Assembly: GCA_964563755.1 (NCBI GenBank)
Contig: CAZLYC010000003.1
Location: 73,831 to 137,830 of the forward strand
Length of the DNA: 64,000 nucleotides
Reading direction: 5' to 3'
Origin: an uncultured Methanosarcinales archaeon
GTDB lineage: Archaea > Nanobdellota > Nanobdellia > Woesearchaeales > UBA11576
Below the pieces are notes generated by a model that did not search any database, was not told the origin of the DNA, and worked only from the letters and a program-made list of their open reading frames with translations. Both the position numbers and the translations under genes were made by a program. Below are positions 8,595 to 17,188 of the stretch, one piece after another (position 1 is the stretch's first letter; each line of letters starts with the position of its first letter).

Positions 8595-11270
8595 ATGTCA
8601 ACCGAAAGCCTCAAGAGAATATTCAACCCGAAATCAATCGCAGTAATCGGAGCATCAAACGATGAGACAAGCGTAGGATACGCACTTTTCAAAAATATAA
8701 AAGAGAGCAAGTACAAAGGAAAATTATACGCAATAAACCCTAACCATGCGGCAGTACAAGGAGAGAAAACCTATCCTTCTGTAAGCAAGATAAATGACAA
8801 GATAGACCTCATCATAATAGCTACGCCAGCAAGCACAGTCGAAAGCATAGTCGAAGAGTGCGCGAAATCCGGAGCCGGCGGAGCAGTGATAGTATCAGCA
8901 GGATTCAACAAGACAGAAAAAGAAGGAAAGGAAAGAGCAGAGAGAGTGCTCGCGATATCCCAGAAATATGGATTCCGAGTGCTCGGACCAAACTGCCTCG
9001 GATTCTTACGCCCATCACTCGAGCTTAACGCGAGCTTCGCGATAAAAAATGCCAAACGCGGAAACATAGCACTGATATCTCAGAGTGGTGCGTTATGCAC
9101 AGTATTCCTCGACTGGGCAGAAGAGCACAATGTAGGCTTCAACTACTTTGTATCCGTCGGAGACATGCTTGACCTTGGTTTCCACGACCTAATAGACTAC
9201 TTCGGAAACGACCCTGAGACAAAAAGCATACTCATCTACATGGAATCGATAACAAACGCAAGGAAATTCATGAGCGCAGCAAGGGCTGTCGCAAGATCAA
9301 AACCGATAATAGTCCTCAAATCCGGAAGAAGTGATGCAGGAAGCAAGGCAGCAGCATCACACACAGGAAGCATAGCAGGAAACGACCTCATATTCGACGC
9401 GGCATTCAAACGCGCAGGGATAATAAGAGTCAACACAGTAGAACAGCTGTTCGACTGCGCAAAAGCACTCGCTATGCAGAGAAGGCCCGATGGAAACAGG
9501 CTCGCGATAATAACTAACGCAGGAGGACCGGGAGTCCTTGCGACAGACCTATTGATGAAAAGAGGAGGGGAAACAGCAAAACTCTCTGAAAAGACCTTTA
9601 AAAAAATGGACGCATTCCTCCCAAAGACCTGGAGCAGAGCGAATCCTATCGACATAATTGGAGACGCTGACCCTGAACGTTTCAGAAAAGCTGTCGAAGC
9701 ATGCGCAGATGATGAAAACGTAGACGCGCTACTCGTAATACTCACACCACAGTCAATGACAAAGCCAGCTCTAGTCGCAAAAGGCATGATAGTGATAGAC
9801 AAGAAGACGCAAAAGACAATACTTGCGGCATTCATGGGTTCAGAAGAAGTAGCAGAAGCAAAAGCGCTGCTGGAGAAGAACAATATTCCTGTGTATCCTA
9901 CCCCTGAAGCAGCAGTCAAATGCTTCACGAACATGCACAGCTACTCACGAAACCTCGAACTGCTATACGAGACTCCTGCTTCAATACCTCACGCATTCAC
10001 ACCAGACCAAAAAAAGGCAAGGGCAATCATAGATACTGCTGCAAAAGAGAAAAGAGAAAACCTCACAGAGATAGAAGCGAAACGGCTTCTTGAGACATAC
10101 CAGATACCTACCACCAGAACAACTATTGCAAAGACCGCTAAAGAAGCCGGAGCATCTGCTGAAAAGATAGGATTCCCGCTAGCAATGAAGATAGTGTCAA
10201 AGGACATACTCCACAAGACAGATATCGGAGGAGTGAAACTTGACATACAAAACAAGGCAGAAGCCGAGAAAGCATTCGACGAAATAATAACCGCTGCAAA
10301 AAAGAAAGTACCTTCTGCGAAGATAGAAGGAGTGCTTATCGAAAGAATGGAGAAAAAGAGATACGAACTCCTCTTGGGCTGCAAGAAAGACCCTCTATTC
10401 GGGCCAGCGATAGTATTCGGCATGGGAGGAGTCGCGGTAGAAGTATTCAAAGACACGAATGTCGGACTGCCGCCTCTCAACATGGCGTTATCCATGAGAC
10501 TCATCGAAGAGACAAAAATATTCAACCTGCTGAAAGGATACAGAGGAATGCCTGCAGTAGATATCAATTCAATACAGTTCCTGCTATACAAGTTCGCATA
10601 CCTGGTCATGGATTTCCCTGAGATAAAAGAGATTGACATAAACCCGTTCTCAGTCGACGAGAACGGAGGAGTTGTGCTGGACGCAAAAGTCGTGCTTGAC
10701 AAAGAGATTGTCATCAGTAAAACAAAAGTAGAGCCGCACTCTCATCTTGTCATATCACCCTACCCTAAAGAGTATATCAAGACAGCAAAGATGAACGATG
10801 GGAATTCTCTGATTCTCAGGCCCATAAGACCGGAAGACGAACCCATGGAAGAAGAGATGTTCAAAAGCATGTCAGAAGAGACGCAGAGATTCAGGTTCTT
10901 CACCCTAATAAAAGATGTGACTCATGAACTTCTCATAAAGTACACACAGATAGACTATGACCGAGAAATCGCCATAATAGCAGAAGTCGAGGAAAAAGGA
11001 AAGAAAAAGATGGCTGGAGTCGTAAGACTGATAGGTGACCCTTACAATGATAACGCAGAGTTCGCGATTGTAGTCGCAGATCCCTGGCATGGCAGGGGAG
11101 CAGGCAATCTTCTGACAGACTACATCATAGAGATAGCCAAACTGCGGAAGCTCAGGAAGATATACGCATATTTCCTCGGTGACAACAACAGGATGAAATA
11201 CATGTTCGAGAAAAGAGGATTTGCGATAAAGAAAGAAGGAGACACATACTACGCGGAGCTTAAACTATAA
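8595..11270 (+). CDS. ADP-forming acyl-CoA synthetase / GNAT acetyltransferase fusion (Pat-like)
   Basis: 891 aa. CoA-binding N-terminus (SIAVIGASND), succinyl-CoA-synthetase-like and ATP-grasp regions, C-terminal GNAT motif (ADPWHGRGAGNLL). Same architecture as bacterial Pat/Pka. Confidence 0.85.
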   Translation: MSTESLKRIFNPKSIAVIGASNDETSVGYALFKNIKESKYKGKLYAINPNHAAVQGEKTYPSVSKINDKIDLIIIATPASTVESIVEECAKSGAGGAVIVSAGFNKTEKEGKERAERVLAISQKYGFRVLGPNCLGFLRPSLELNASFAIKNAKRGNIALISQSGALCTVFLDWAEEHNVGFNYFVSVGDMLDLGFHDLIDYFGNDPETKSILIYMESITNARKFMSAARAVARSKPIIVLKSGRSDAGSKAAASHTGSIAGNDLIFDAAFKRAGIIRVNTVEQLFDCAKALAMQRRPDGNRLAIITNAGGPGVLATDLLMKRGGETAKLSEKTFKKMDAFLPKTWSRANPIDIIGDADPERFRKAVEACADDENVDALLVILTPQSMTKPALVAKGMIVIDKKTQKTILAAFMGSEEVAEAKALLEKNNIPVYPTPEAAVKCFTNMHSYSRNLELLYETPASIPHAFTPDQKKARAIIDTAAKEKRENLTEIEAKRLLETYQIPTTRTTIAKTAKEAGASAEKIGFPLAMKIVSKDILHKTDIGGVKLDIQNKAEAEKAFDEIITAAKKKVPSAKIEGVLIERMEKKRYELLLGCKKDPLFGPAIVFGMGGVAVEVFKDTNVGLPPLNMALSMRLIEETKIFNLLKGYRGMPAVDINSIQFLLYKFAYLVMDFPEIKEIDINPFSVDENGGVVLDAKVVLDKEIVISKTKVEPHSHLVISPYPKEYIKTAKMNDGNSLILRPIRPEDEPMEEEMFKSMSEETQRFRFFTLIKDVTHELLIKYTQIDYDREIAIIAEVEEKGKKKMAGVVRLIGDPYNDNAEFAIVVADPWHGRGAGNLLTDYIIEIAKLRKLRKIYAYFLGDNNRMKYMFEKRGFAIKKEGDTYYAELKL

Positions 11271-11346
11271 CAAATCACATTGAAGCCACCGAAAACTTTA
11301 AAACAAGAAATGTTGAATACCAAAAAATGTTAAAAAGGTGCTACAA

Positions 11347-12519
11347 ATGAAAAAAATCGCGATACTGCTCGGTTTGCTCGTATTATTATCATTACTCAAT
11401 ATATCTCTCTTATCTGCGCAGGAAGAGGCTTCTCCGATAACTGTTGAGATGGTATATTTCTATGGCCAAGGATGCCCACACTGCGCAAAGATGGAGGGTT
11501 TTGTCGAAGAGCTTGAAATCAAATATCCGACGCTTATCATACACAAATATGAAGTCTATGCTGATCAGGCAGGCAGGGAGATGTTCCAGAAACTGACAGA
11601 CGCACATGGCACCAAGATTTCAGGAGTTCCGACAACATACATAAACGGTAATATGATTGTCGGCTTCAGCGACGCGCTGGGAAAACAGATAGAACAGGAG
11701 ATAAGGCACTGCATAGAGTTCGGATGCGAATCTCCTCTTGACAGACTCGAGAAGAAAGATGACACCACCACGCTTACCTGCGAAGGAGACAAATCACCTA
11801 TAGAAGACCCGCATATCTCTGATACAAAGAGGACACTAACCCTCGGCGCAGTCATAACTGGCGCTCTTGTGGATTCAATAAATCCCTGTGAATTTGCGGT
11901 GCTGATACTGCTTCTGACAGCAATACTTGCAGCAGGCAACAGGAAAAGAGCCCTGTTTGCAGGATTTGCATTCACTGCAGCAATCTACATATCATATTAT
12001 CTCATGGGACTCGGGCTGTTCTCAGCAATACAAGCGTCAGGCTTTACGCACATGTTCTACGGGATAGTCGCAGGACTTGCCATCATAGTAGGACTGTTTA
12101 ACCTAAAGGACTATTTGTGGTATGGTAAATGGTTTGTCATGGAAGTCCCCTTGTCATGGAGGCCAAAGATGAAGATGCTCATAAAGAGCATAACATCAGT
12201 TCCAGGAGCATTCCTGATAGGATTTGTCGTCAGCCTTTTCCTCTTGCCGTGCACATCAGGTCCATACATAGTCATACTCGGACTTCTTGCAAAGACAGTG
12301 ACACATAATTATGCACTAATTTTGCTTCTGCTATACAACCTGATATTTGTCATGCCGATGATAATAATAACCCTCTTGGTCTACTTCGGATTCACGACAA
12401 CAGAACAGGCAGAGCACTGGAGAACTACGAAGCTCAGGACACTGCACCTCATAACAGGCATCGTCATGCTCATCATAGGATTCGTGATGATAGGAGCCAT
12501 ACTGCTAGGGTATGTGTAA
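11347..12519 (+). CDS. Thioredoxin-like domain fused to CcdA/DsbD-type thiol:disulfide transporter
   Basis: ATG 11347 lies 6 nt after AAAAGGTG. Signal peptide, CPHC thioredoxin motif, then a 6-TM region with conserved Cys in INPCEF and LPCTSGP. Confidence 0.8.
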   Translation: MKKIAILLGLLVLLSLLNISLLSAQEEASPITVEMVYFYGQGCPHCAKMEGFVEELEIKYPTLIIHKYEVYADQAGREMFQKLTDAHGTKISGVPTTYINGNMIVGFSDALGKQIEQEIRHCIEFGCESPLDRLEKKDDTTTLTCEGDKSPIEDPHISDTKRTLTLGAVITGALVDSINPCEFAVLILLLTAILAAGNRKRALFAGFAFTAAIYISYYLMGLGLFSAIQASGFTHMFYGIVAGLAIIVGLFNLKDYLWYGKWFVMEVPLSWRPKMKMLIKSITSVPGAFLIGFVVSLFLLPCTSGPYIVILGLLAKTVTHNYALILLLLYNLIFVMPMIIITLLVYFGFTTTEQAEHWRTTKLRTLHLITGIVMLIIGFVMIGAILLGYV

Positions 12520-12632
12520 AAACAGAATTCTTTTTTGATTTGTTTTAGTTATCTGTATTTGAAAGACTAGTTTCAACAATACAACCAACAATTCTGACTT
12601 GAAAAGCCCAACTGCGCTTAAATATAGAAACA

Positions 12633-12664
12633 TTTAAATAGTTATTATGAATATATATTCATAA
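12633..12664 (+). promoter_or_regulatory. TATA box (TTTAAATA) plus 20-bp perfect palindrome TTATGAATATATATTCATAA
   Basis: TATA at 12633-12640 and palindrome at 12645-12664, upstream of the DUF5320 gene. The same layout recurs at 12966-12994. Confidence 0.6.
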
Positions 12665-12691
12665 TGGCCTGATTGGCCGGAGGTAAATAAA

Positions 12692-12937
12692 ATGCCAGGA
12701 GGAGACGGAACAGGACCCGCAGGTATGGGTTCACTCACAGGAAAAGGATTTGGACCATGCGGCGGAGGAATGCGCAGAGGATTTGGAAGAGGCTATGGAA
12801 GGGGACTCGGTTTAAGACAGACAAGAGCAGTAACCCTGACAAAAGAAGAACAGAAGAAAATCCTTGAAGCTGAGCTTAAAGAACTAGATTTAGAAAAGCA
12901 AGAGATAGAGAAAAGACTGAAAGAAATGACGCAATAA
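12692..12937 (+). CDS. DUF5320 family protein
   Basis: 81 aa. MPGGDGTGPAGMG...GRG N-terminus plus a C-terminal coiled coil, typical of DUF5320. GGAGGT RBS. Confidence 0.75.
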   Translation: MPGGDGTGPAGMGSLTGKGFGPCGGGMRRGFGRGYGRGLGLRQTRAVTLTKEEQKKILEAELKELDLEKQEIEKRLKEMTQ

Positions 12938-12965
12938 TTTCTGTTGATTTTTTATTTTCGTAAGA

Positions 12966-12994
12966 TTTAAATAGAAATATGAATAAGTATTCAT
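12966..12994 (+). promoter_or_regulatory. TATA box (TTTAAATA) plus palindrome ATGAATAAGTATTCAT abutting a leaderless start
   Basis: TATA at 12966-12973 and palindrome at 12979-12994. ATG 12996 lies ~23 nt after the TATA box. Confidence 0.6.
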
Positions 12995-12995
12995 T

Positions 12996-13286
12996 ATGGC
13001 GCGTCCAAGACTTTGCAGGAGAGTCGGATTCAATCCAAACGTAACTTATTTTAAACCAAGAGGCGTTCCTTTAAGTGAATCCGAAGAGGTCATTTTGCAT
13101 GTTGATGAATATGAAGCAATCAGACTTAAGGATTTAGAAGGATTAGAACAGGAAAATTGTGCAAAAAAGATGAATATTTCTCAGCCAACATTTCACAGGC
13201 TAGTCATATCAGCAAGAAGAAAGATAGCTGACGCAATAATAAACGGCAAATCCATAAAGATAGAAGGAGGCAATTACAAGCTATGA
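12996..13286 (+). CDS. DUF134 (UPF0251) putative DNA-binding protein
   Basis: 96 aa. MARPRLCRRV...FKPRG...DE(Y)EA(I)RL.D.EGL.QE..A..M.ISQPTF.R....ARRKIADA...GK.I.I.GG matches the DUF134 pattern. Confidence 0.8.
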   Translation: MARPRLCRRVGFNPNVTYFKPRGVPLSESEEVILHVDEYEAIRLKDLEGLEQENCAKKMNISQPTFHRLVISARRKIADAIINGKSIKIEGGNYKL

Positions 13287-13335
13287 AAAATGTTCTATTC
13301 TATTTATAACTCATTTTCCATATGGATGGCCAAAA

Positions 13336-13683
13336 ATGAAAATAGCAATCGCAAGTGATGATAGAAAAACCATATCACACCACTTCGGAAGAGCTTTAGG
13401 CTTTGTGGTTTTTGATATACAAGACGGAAAAGTCGTCAATAGAGATTATAGGCAAAATATCGGTAAAAATACGGGCGAGTGCGGAAGCTGCGACCATTCT
13501 GCCATGATTAAAAATGTAAGAGACTGCGAAATAGTAATCAGCTACGGAATGGGACAGAGAATATATGCAGACTTATTAAATAGCCACATAACACCTATAG
13601 TGACTGAAGAAAATACTGTTGACAAAGCACTAGAACAATTCTTGAACAAACAGTTAAAGAACAGAACAGATAAGTTACATTAG
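13336..13683 (+). CDS. NifB/NifX-family (dinitrogenase FeMo-cofactor-binding-like) protein
   Basis: 115 aa. The MKIAIASDD..ISHHFGRA..F.VFD pattern is characteristic of PF02579 proteins that commonly accompany DUF134. Confidence 0.75.
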   Translation: MKIAIASDDRKTISHHFGRALGFVVFDIQDGKVVNRDYRQNIGKNTGECGSCDHSAMIKNVRDCEIVISYGMGQRIYADLLNSHITPIVTEENTVDKALEQFLNKQLKNRTDKLH

Positions 13684-13807
13684 TTCAAATTTAAGATAAT
13701 AAAATGGTGACTTAAAGTCTTGCTGGACTTAACTGCAAAATTTCACTAATCACATAAGTGGATTTTTATCAATCTGTATAAAATATAATAAAAATATTAG
13801 GAGATAA

Positions 13808-15451
13808 TTACATCTCCATTCCGCCACCACCCATTCCTGGAGGCATACCTCCGCCAGGCGGCATGCCGCCTTTCTCGCCGCCGCCTGCGATGACGTCGTC
13901 AATCCTCAATATCATTATAGCGACTTCAGATGCGCTGCTTATTGCCTGCGTCTTTATCTTCAAAGGCTCAATGACACCCTGCTGCCAGGCGTCCATGACT
14001 TTACCTGTGAATACATTGATGCCAGCCCACTTCCTGTTCTTGTCGTGAGCAGACTTCAGTTCAGTAATCACATCTATAGGGTCAAGGCCTGCGTTCTCTG
14101 CGAGTGTCCTTGGTATAATTTCAACAGCGTCAGCGAAAGAACGTACTGCAAGCTGCTCTCTACCAGAAAGAGAATCAGCGAACTTTCTTAGCTCTTTTGC
14201 AAGTTCAACCTCAACTGATGCGGCGCCTGCAACGACCTTGCCATATCTCAATGCAGCAGCGACGTCTCCAATCGCATCTTCCATCGCACGCTGGACTTCA
14301 TCAATCACGTGCTCTGTACCGCCCTTGACAAGAATAGTGACTGCTTTAGGATTCTTGCACTCGCTGACAATAGTCATCTCCTCATCTCCTATCTTGACCT
14401 CACGGACCATGCCTGCCTTGCCAATGTCAGACAGACTCAGGTCATCAAGATTAGTCGCTACTGAGGCACCTGTCGCCTTCGCGAGCCTGTCCATGTCAGA
14501 CTTCTTTATCCTTCGTGCAGCATAGATGCCTTTCTTCGCAAGATAATGCTGCGCAAGGTCGTCAATGCCTTTCTGACAGAACACCACATTCGCGCCAGAC
14601 GCTTCAATCTTCTCAACCATATCCCTAAGCATGCGCTCTTCCATGTTAAGGAAGTTCTGCAGCTGCTCAGGAGCAGTTATCTGTATCTTAGCGTCAATCT
14701 CTGTGTTCTTTATCTCTATCGCAGAATCTATGAGGATTATCTTCGCGTTCTTTATCTCACGAGGCATGCCAGAATGGACCTTCTCCTTGTCAAGCACTAT
14801 GCCTGCGATGAGCTCAGTATCATCGACGCTTCCGCCGACCTTCTTCTCAATCTTCACATCTTCCTTGTCGACATAAAAAACGCCGTTAATCTCTTCAGCG
14901 ACATTCTTTATAGCAGCGACAGTTATATCTGCGAGCTTATCCTTTGCAGTCTCAGCACCCTTGCCAGTCATGGCAGTAGTCGCTATCTTCTTAAGAAGCA
15001 CAATATCCTTTATGCTCACAGGCTCTGCTATCTGCTGAAGGATATCCTGCGCTTTCTCAGACGCAATCTGGTAACCTTTGGCAATCACAGTAGGATGTAT
15101 GTCCTGCTCCAGAAGATCCTCTGCCTTTTTCAGCAGCTCTCCTGCAAGAACGACAGCAGTAGTTGTGCCGTCTCCGACCTCAGCTTCCTGCGTCTTTGCC
15201 ACTTCAACAAGCATCTTTGCAGCAGGATGCTCGATCTGCATCTCCTCAAGTATAGTCACTCCATCATTGGTTATTATGACATCCCCGAGAGAATCGACAA
15301 TCATCTTGTCCATGCCTTTTGGGCCCAGTGTTGTCCTTACTGTCTCTGCGACAAGCTTCGCAGCCATTATGTTATTTCGCTGCGCATTCCTGCCAGTGCT
15401 CCTCTGAGTTCCTTCAGGCAGGATAAATATAGGCTGAACGTCTTTACTCAT
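13808..15451 (-). CDS. ths: Thermosome subunit (group II chaperonin)
   Basis: 547 aa. Motifs [25 protein letters not shown] and a [14 protein letters not shown] tail. GGAGGTG RBS. Confidence 0.95.
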   Translation of the reverse strand: MSKDVQPIFILPEGTQRSTGRNAQRNNIMAAKLVAETVRTTLGPKGMDKMIVDSLGDVIITNDGVTILEEMQIEHPAAKMLVEVAKTQEAEVGDGTTTAVVLAGELLKKAEDLLEQDIHPTVIAKGYQIASEKAQDILQQIAEPVSIKDIVLLKKIATTAMTGKGAETAKDKLADITVAAIKNVAEEINGVFYVDKEDVKIEKKVGGSVDDTELIAGIVLDKEKVHSGMPREIKNAKIILIDSAIEIKNTEIDAKIQITAPEQLQNFLNMEERMLRDMVEKIEASGANVVFCQKGIDDLAQHYLAKKGIYAARRIKKSDMDRLAKATGASVATNLDDLSLSDIGKAGMVREVKIGDEEMTIVSECKNPKAVTILVKGGTEHVIDEVQRAMEDAIGDVAAALRYGKVVAGAASVEVELAKELRKFADSLSGREQLAVRSFADAVEIIPRTLAENAGLDPIDVITELKSAHDKNRKWAGINVFTGKVMDAWQQGVIEPLKIKTQAISSASEVAIMILRIDDVIAGGGEKGGMPPGGGMPPGMGGGGMEM

Positions 15452-15537
15452 TTGTCCAACACCTCCATGTCAGATGAAAATTTAATTTAATATACTTTAA
15501 TTCCCCCTAAAACAAGCTAGAAATTTACCAGCAGTGG

Positions 15538-15546
15538 TATATAAAG
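15538..15546 (-). promoter_or_regulatory. Putative thermosome TATA box (AACCTTTATATA on the minus strand)
   Basis: Shares AACCTTTATA(A/T)A with the candidate promoters at 41230-41237 and 48070-48077. Lies ~88 nt upstream of the ATG. Confidence 0.4.
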
Positions 15547-15581
15547 GTTGCGATATTGATTTTATGATACATAAATGAAAT

Positions 15582-15696
15582 TGCCGCGTTCGTGCTAATA
15601 TTGTCAATGCCACGCTCGCATTGCTTAGTTACTCAATGTTGTTTGCCGAACTGCATCAGGGTATGATGTTTTCATCCGACGCTCGCTAGGTGGCAT
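15582..15696 (+). repeat. Dispersed intergenic repeat, short form (copy E)
   Basis: tgccgcgttcg / gccacgctcgcattg ... tttgccgaactgca ... gctcgctaggtggcat. The same ordered boxes occur in the copies at 20317-20405 (inverted), 28554-28639 and the distal half of 39967-40168. Confidence 0.75.
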
Positions 15697-15760
15697 TGAC
15701 ATTGATCTGAAATATGATTGCCACGCAACATTTTTAAATAGACTCCTTATAAAGACCAGC

Positions 15761-16249
15761 ATGGACCTCCTTTCAAGGAAAAGACTGAGGGACAAAAAAA
15801 GAGAGGAAGAGATAATAAAGCAGCTTGCTGTAGATGAACTCTTCAAGAAACCGGAAAAGGCTTATGTGCCGACTTCCAAGAAACTTACAATCATATTCTT
15901 TGTCCTGTTTGTTATAGCTGTCCCATACATGTACCTAAAAACAGAGGTAGTCATACACAATGAATGCGGACTGATGCCCGGAATAGAATGCGGCAACATA
16001 AATATCGAAAAAGGCTCAGTAAGCTTTGACGTTAGCAACTTTCTCAAAGAGCAATTCAACATAACACTCCAGATGCAGGGCTGCAACGAGACAATATCAC
16101 AGGCAATAAAACCGAACAACATGGCGACTTATAATTTCAGCTGCAGGGCGATGGAAGCGCGTGTAAGCAAGGACATATTCATGACATATGTTGGATTCTC
16201 AGGGCTGCCCCACACAAAAACCGGCCACCTGACCGCGAGGATAGGCTAA
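15761..16249 (+). CDS. Hypothetical single-pass membrane protein
   Basis: 162 aa. TTTTTAAATAG lies ~22 nt upstream of the ATG (leaderless-type spacing). One TM, then a Cys-containing extracytoplasmic domain. Confidence 0.6.
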   Translation: MDLLSRKRLRDKKREEEIIKQLAVDELFKKPEKAYVPTSKKLTIIFFVLFVIAVPYMYLKTEVVIHNECGLMPGIECGNINIEKGSVSFDVSNFLKEQFNITLQMQGCNETISQAIKPNNMATYNFSCRAMEARVSKDIFMTYVGFSGLPHTKTGHLTARIG

Positions 16250-16256
16250 ACTGACC

Positions 16257-16733
16257 ATGGTGCTGAAGAACTTCTTCAAAATCGAGCACGAACTCATGAG
16301 GAAATATGTTGAGGAAGTAGGCAAAAAACGCATAGTCATAACTTCACTCATAGTACTTGCGCTGGTCTTCGGCATAGAAGTTTTCGCGTCCATAAATATA
16401 CACCTGCTTCACCAGGTCGAGCACGGCCCGATGGTCCTCAGAGACATATTCTCGATGATTGCAGTCTTTGTCGCAGCTTTCACAATAATAGCCAACCTGA
16501 TATTCCAAGGCGGGCTGAGTGAAGAAGACAGGAAGATACATTACTATTTCAGGACAAGGCCGCTTATAGTCATGTCAGTTGTTGCAGTCCTTGGTGATGT
16601 CATAGCGATATCTCTCGTACACAACACAGGCTACCTCTATGTCGTGTTCTTCACATCACTCATAGCGATAAACGTGCTTACCATATTCTTCGCAATACAT
16701 TCAATAGAAAAAGCGATAAGAAAAGACATATGA
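16257..16733 (+). CDS. Hypothetical membrane protein (4 TM)
   Basis: 158-aa ORF with four hydrophobic helices. Confidence 0.55.
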   Translation: MVLKNFFKIEHELMRKYVEEVGKKRIVITSLIVLALVFGIEVFASINIHLLHQVEHGPMVLRDIFSMIAVFVAAFTIIANLIFQGGLSEEDRKIHYYFRTRPLIVMSVVAVLGDVIAISLVHNTGYLYVVFFTSLIAINVLTIFFAIHSIEKAIRKDI

Positions 16734-16747
16734 TCTATTTTCTTGAT

Positions 16748-17035
16748 TCACTTAGATTCCTTTTCCTGCTTCAACACACGCAGCTCTTCCTCAAGCTTCC
16801 TTGACCTGAGGTTGAACTCATCCGCCCGTGAAGCATTCTTCAGCGAAGTCCTGATAAGAAGCTCGTTCTCCTCTTTCAGATGGTTTATCTCATCTATCCT
16901 TGACTTCAGTTCAGCAGTATAGTAATCTATCATATCATTGAAGCGCTGGACAGAAACAGCTTTTGCCTTTGATTCCTTCAGAGGCACGCCATGCACACGC
17001 TTCTTAGGCCTTATGTTGAACAGTTCTTTTAACAT
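16748..17035 (-). CDS. Hypothetical small coiled-coil protein
   Basis: 95-aa ORF with charged heptad-like sequence. No family recognised. Confidence 0.45.
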   Translation of the reverse strand: MLKELFNIRPKKRVHGVPLKESKAKAVSVQRFNDMIDYYTAELKSRIDEINHLKEENELLIRTSLKNASRADEFNLRSRKLEEELRVLKQEKESK

Positions 17036-17188
17036 GCAATGACAGTATTGCTGCTTTAATATAAGGTTTTCTGCTTATGACTCTTGCTTGTCACAAATCC
17101 GAGACGAAAATCGGTTTTATAAATTCTGTTCACTAAATAATCTACACTGAAGAAGAACAAGAAGAAAAAGAAGAAGCATGGCGAGAGA

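Noticed and set aside
9236-10714. 232-aa and 241-aa minus-strand ORFs
   Set aside because: Antisense to the Pat-like synthetase/GNAT gene. Ser/Ala/Phe-rich shadow translations.
14546-15490. 314-aa plus-strand ORF (and shorter ones at 13863, 14238, 14631 and 15078)
   Set aside because: Entirely antisense to the unmistakable thermosome gene. The translation is low-complexity and Leu/Ser-rich with no motifs, which is typical of a shadow ORF.
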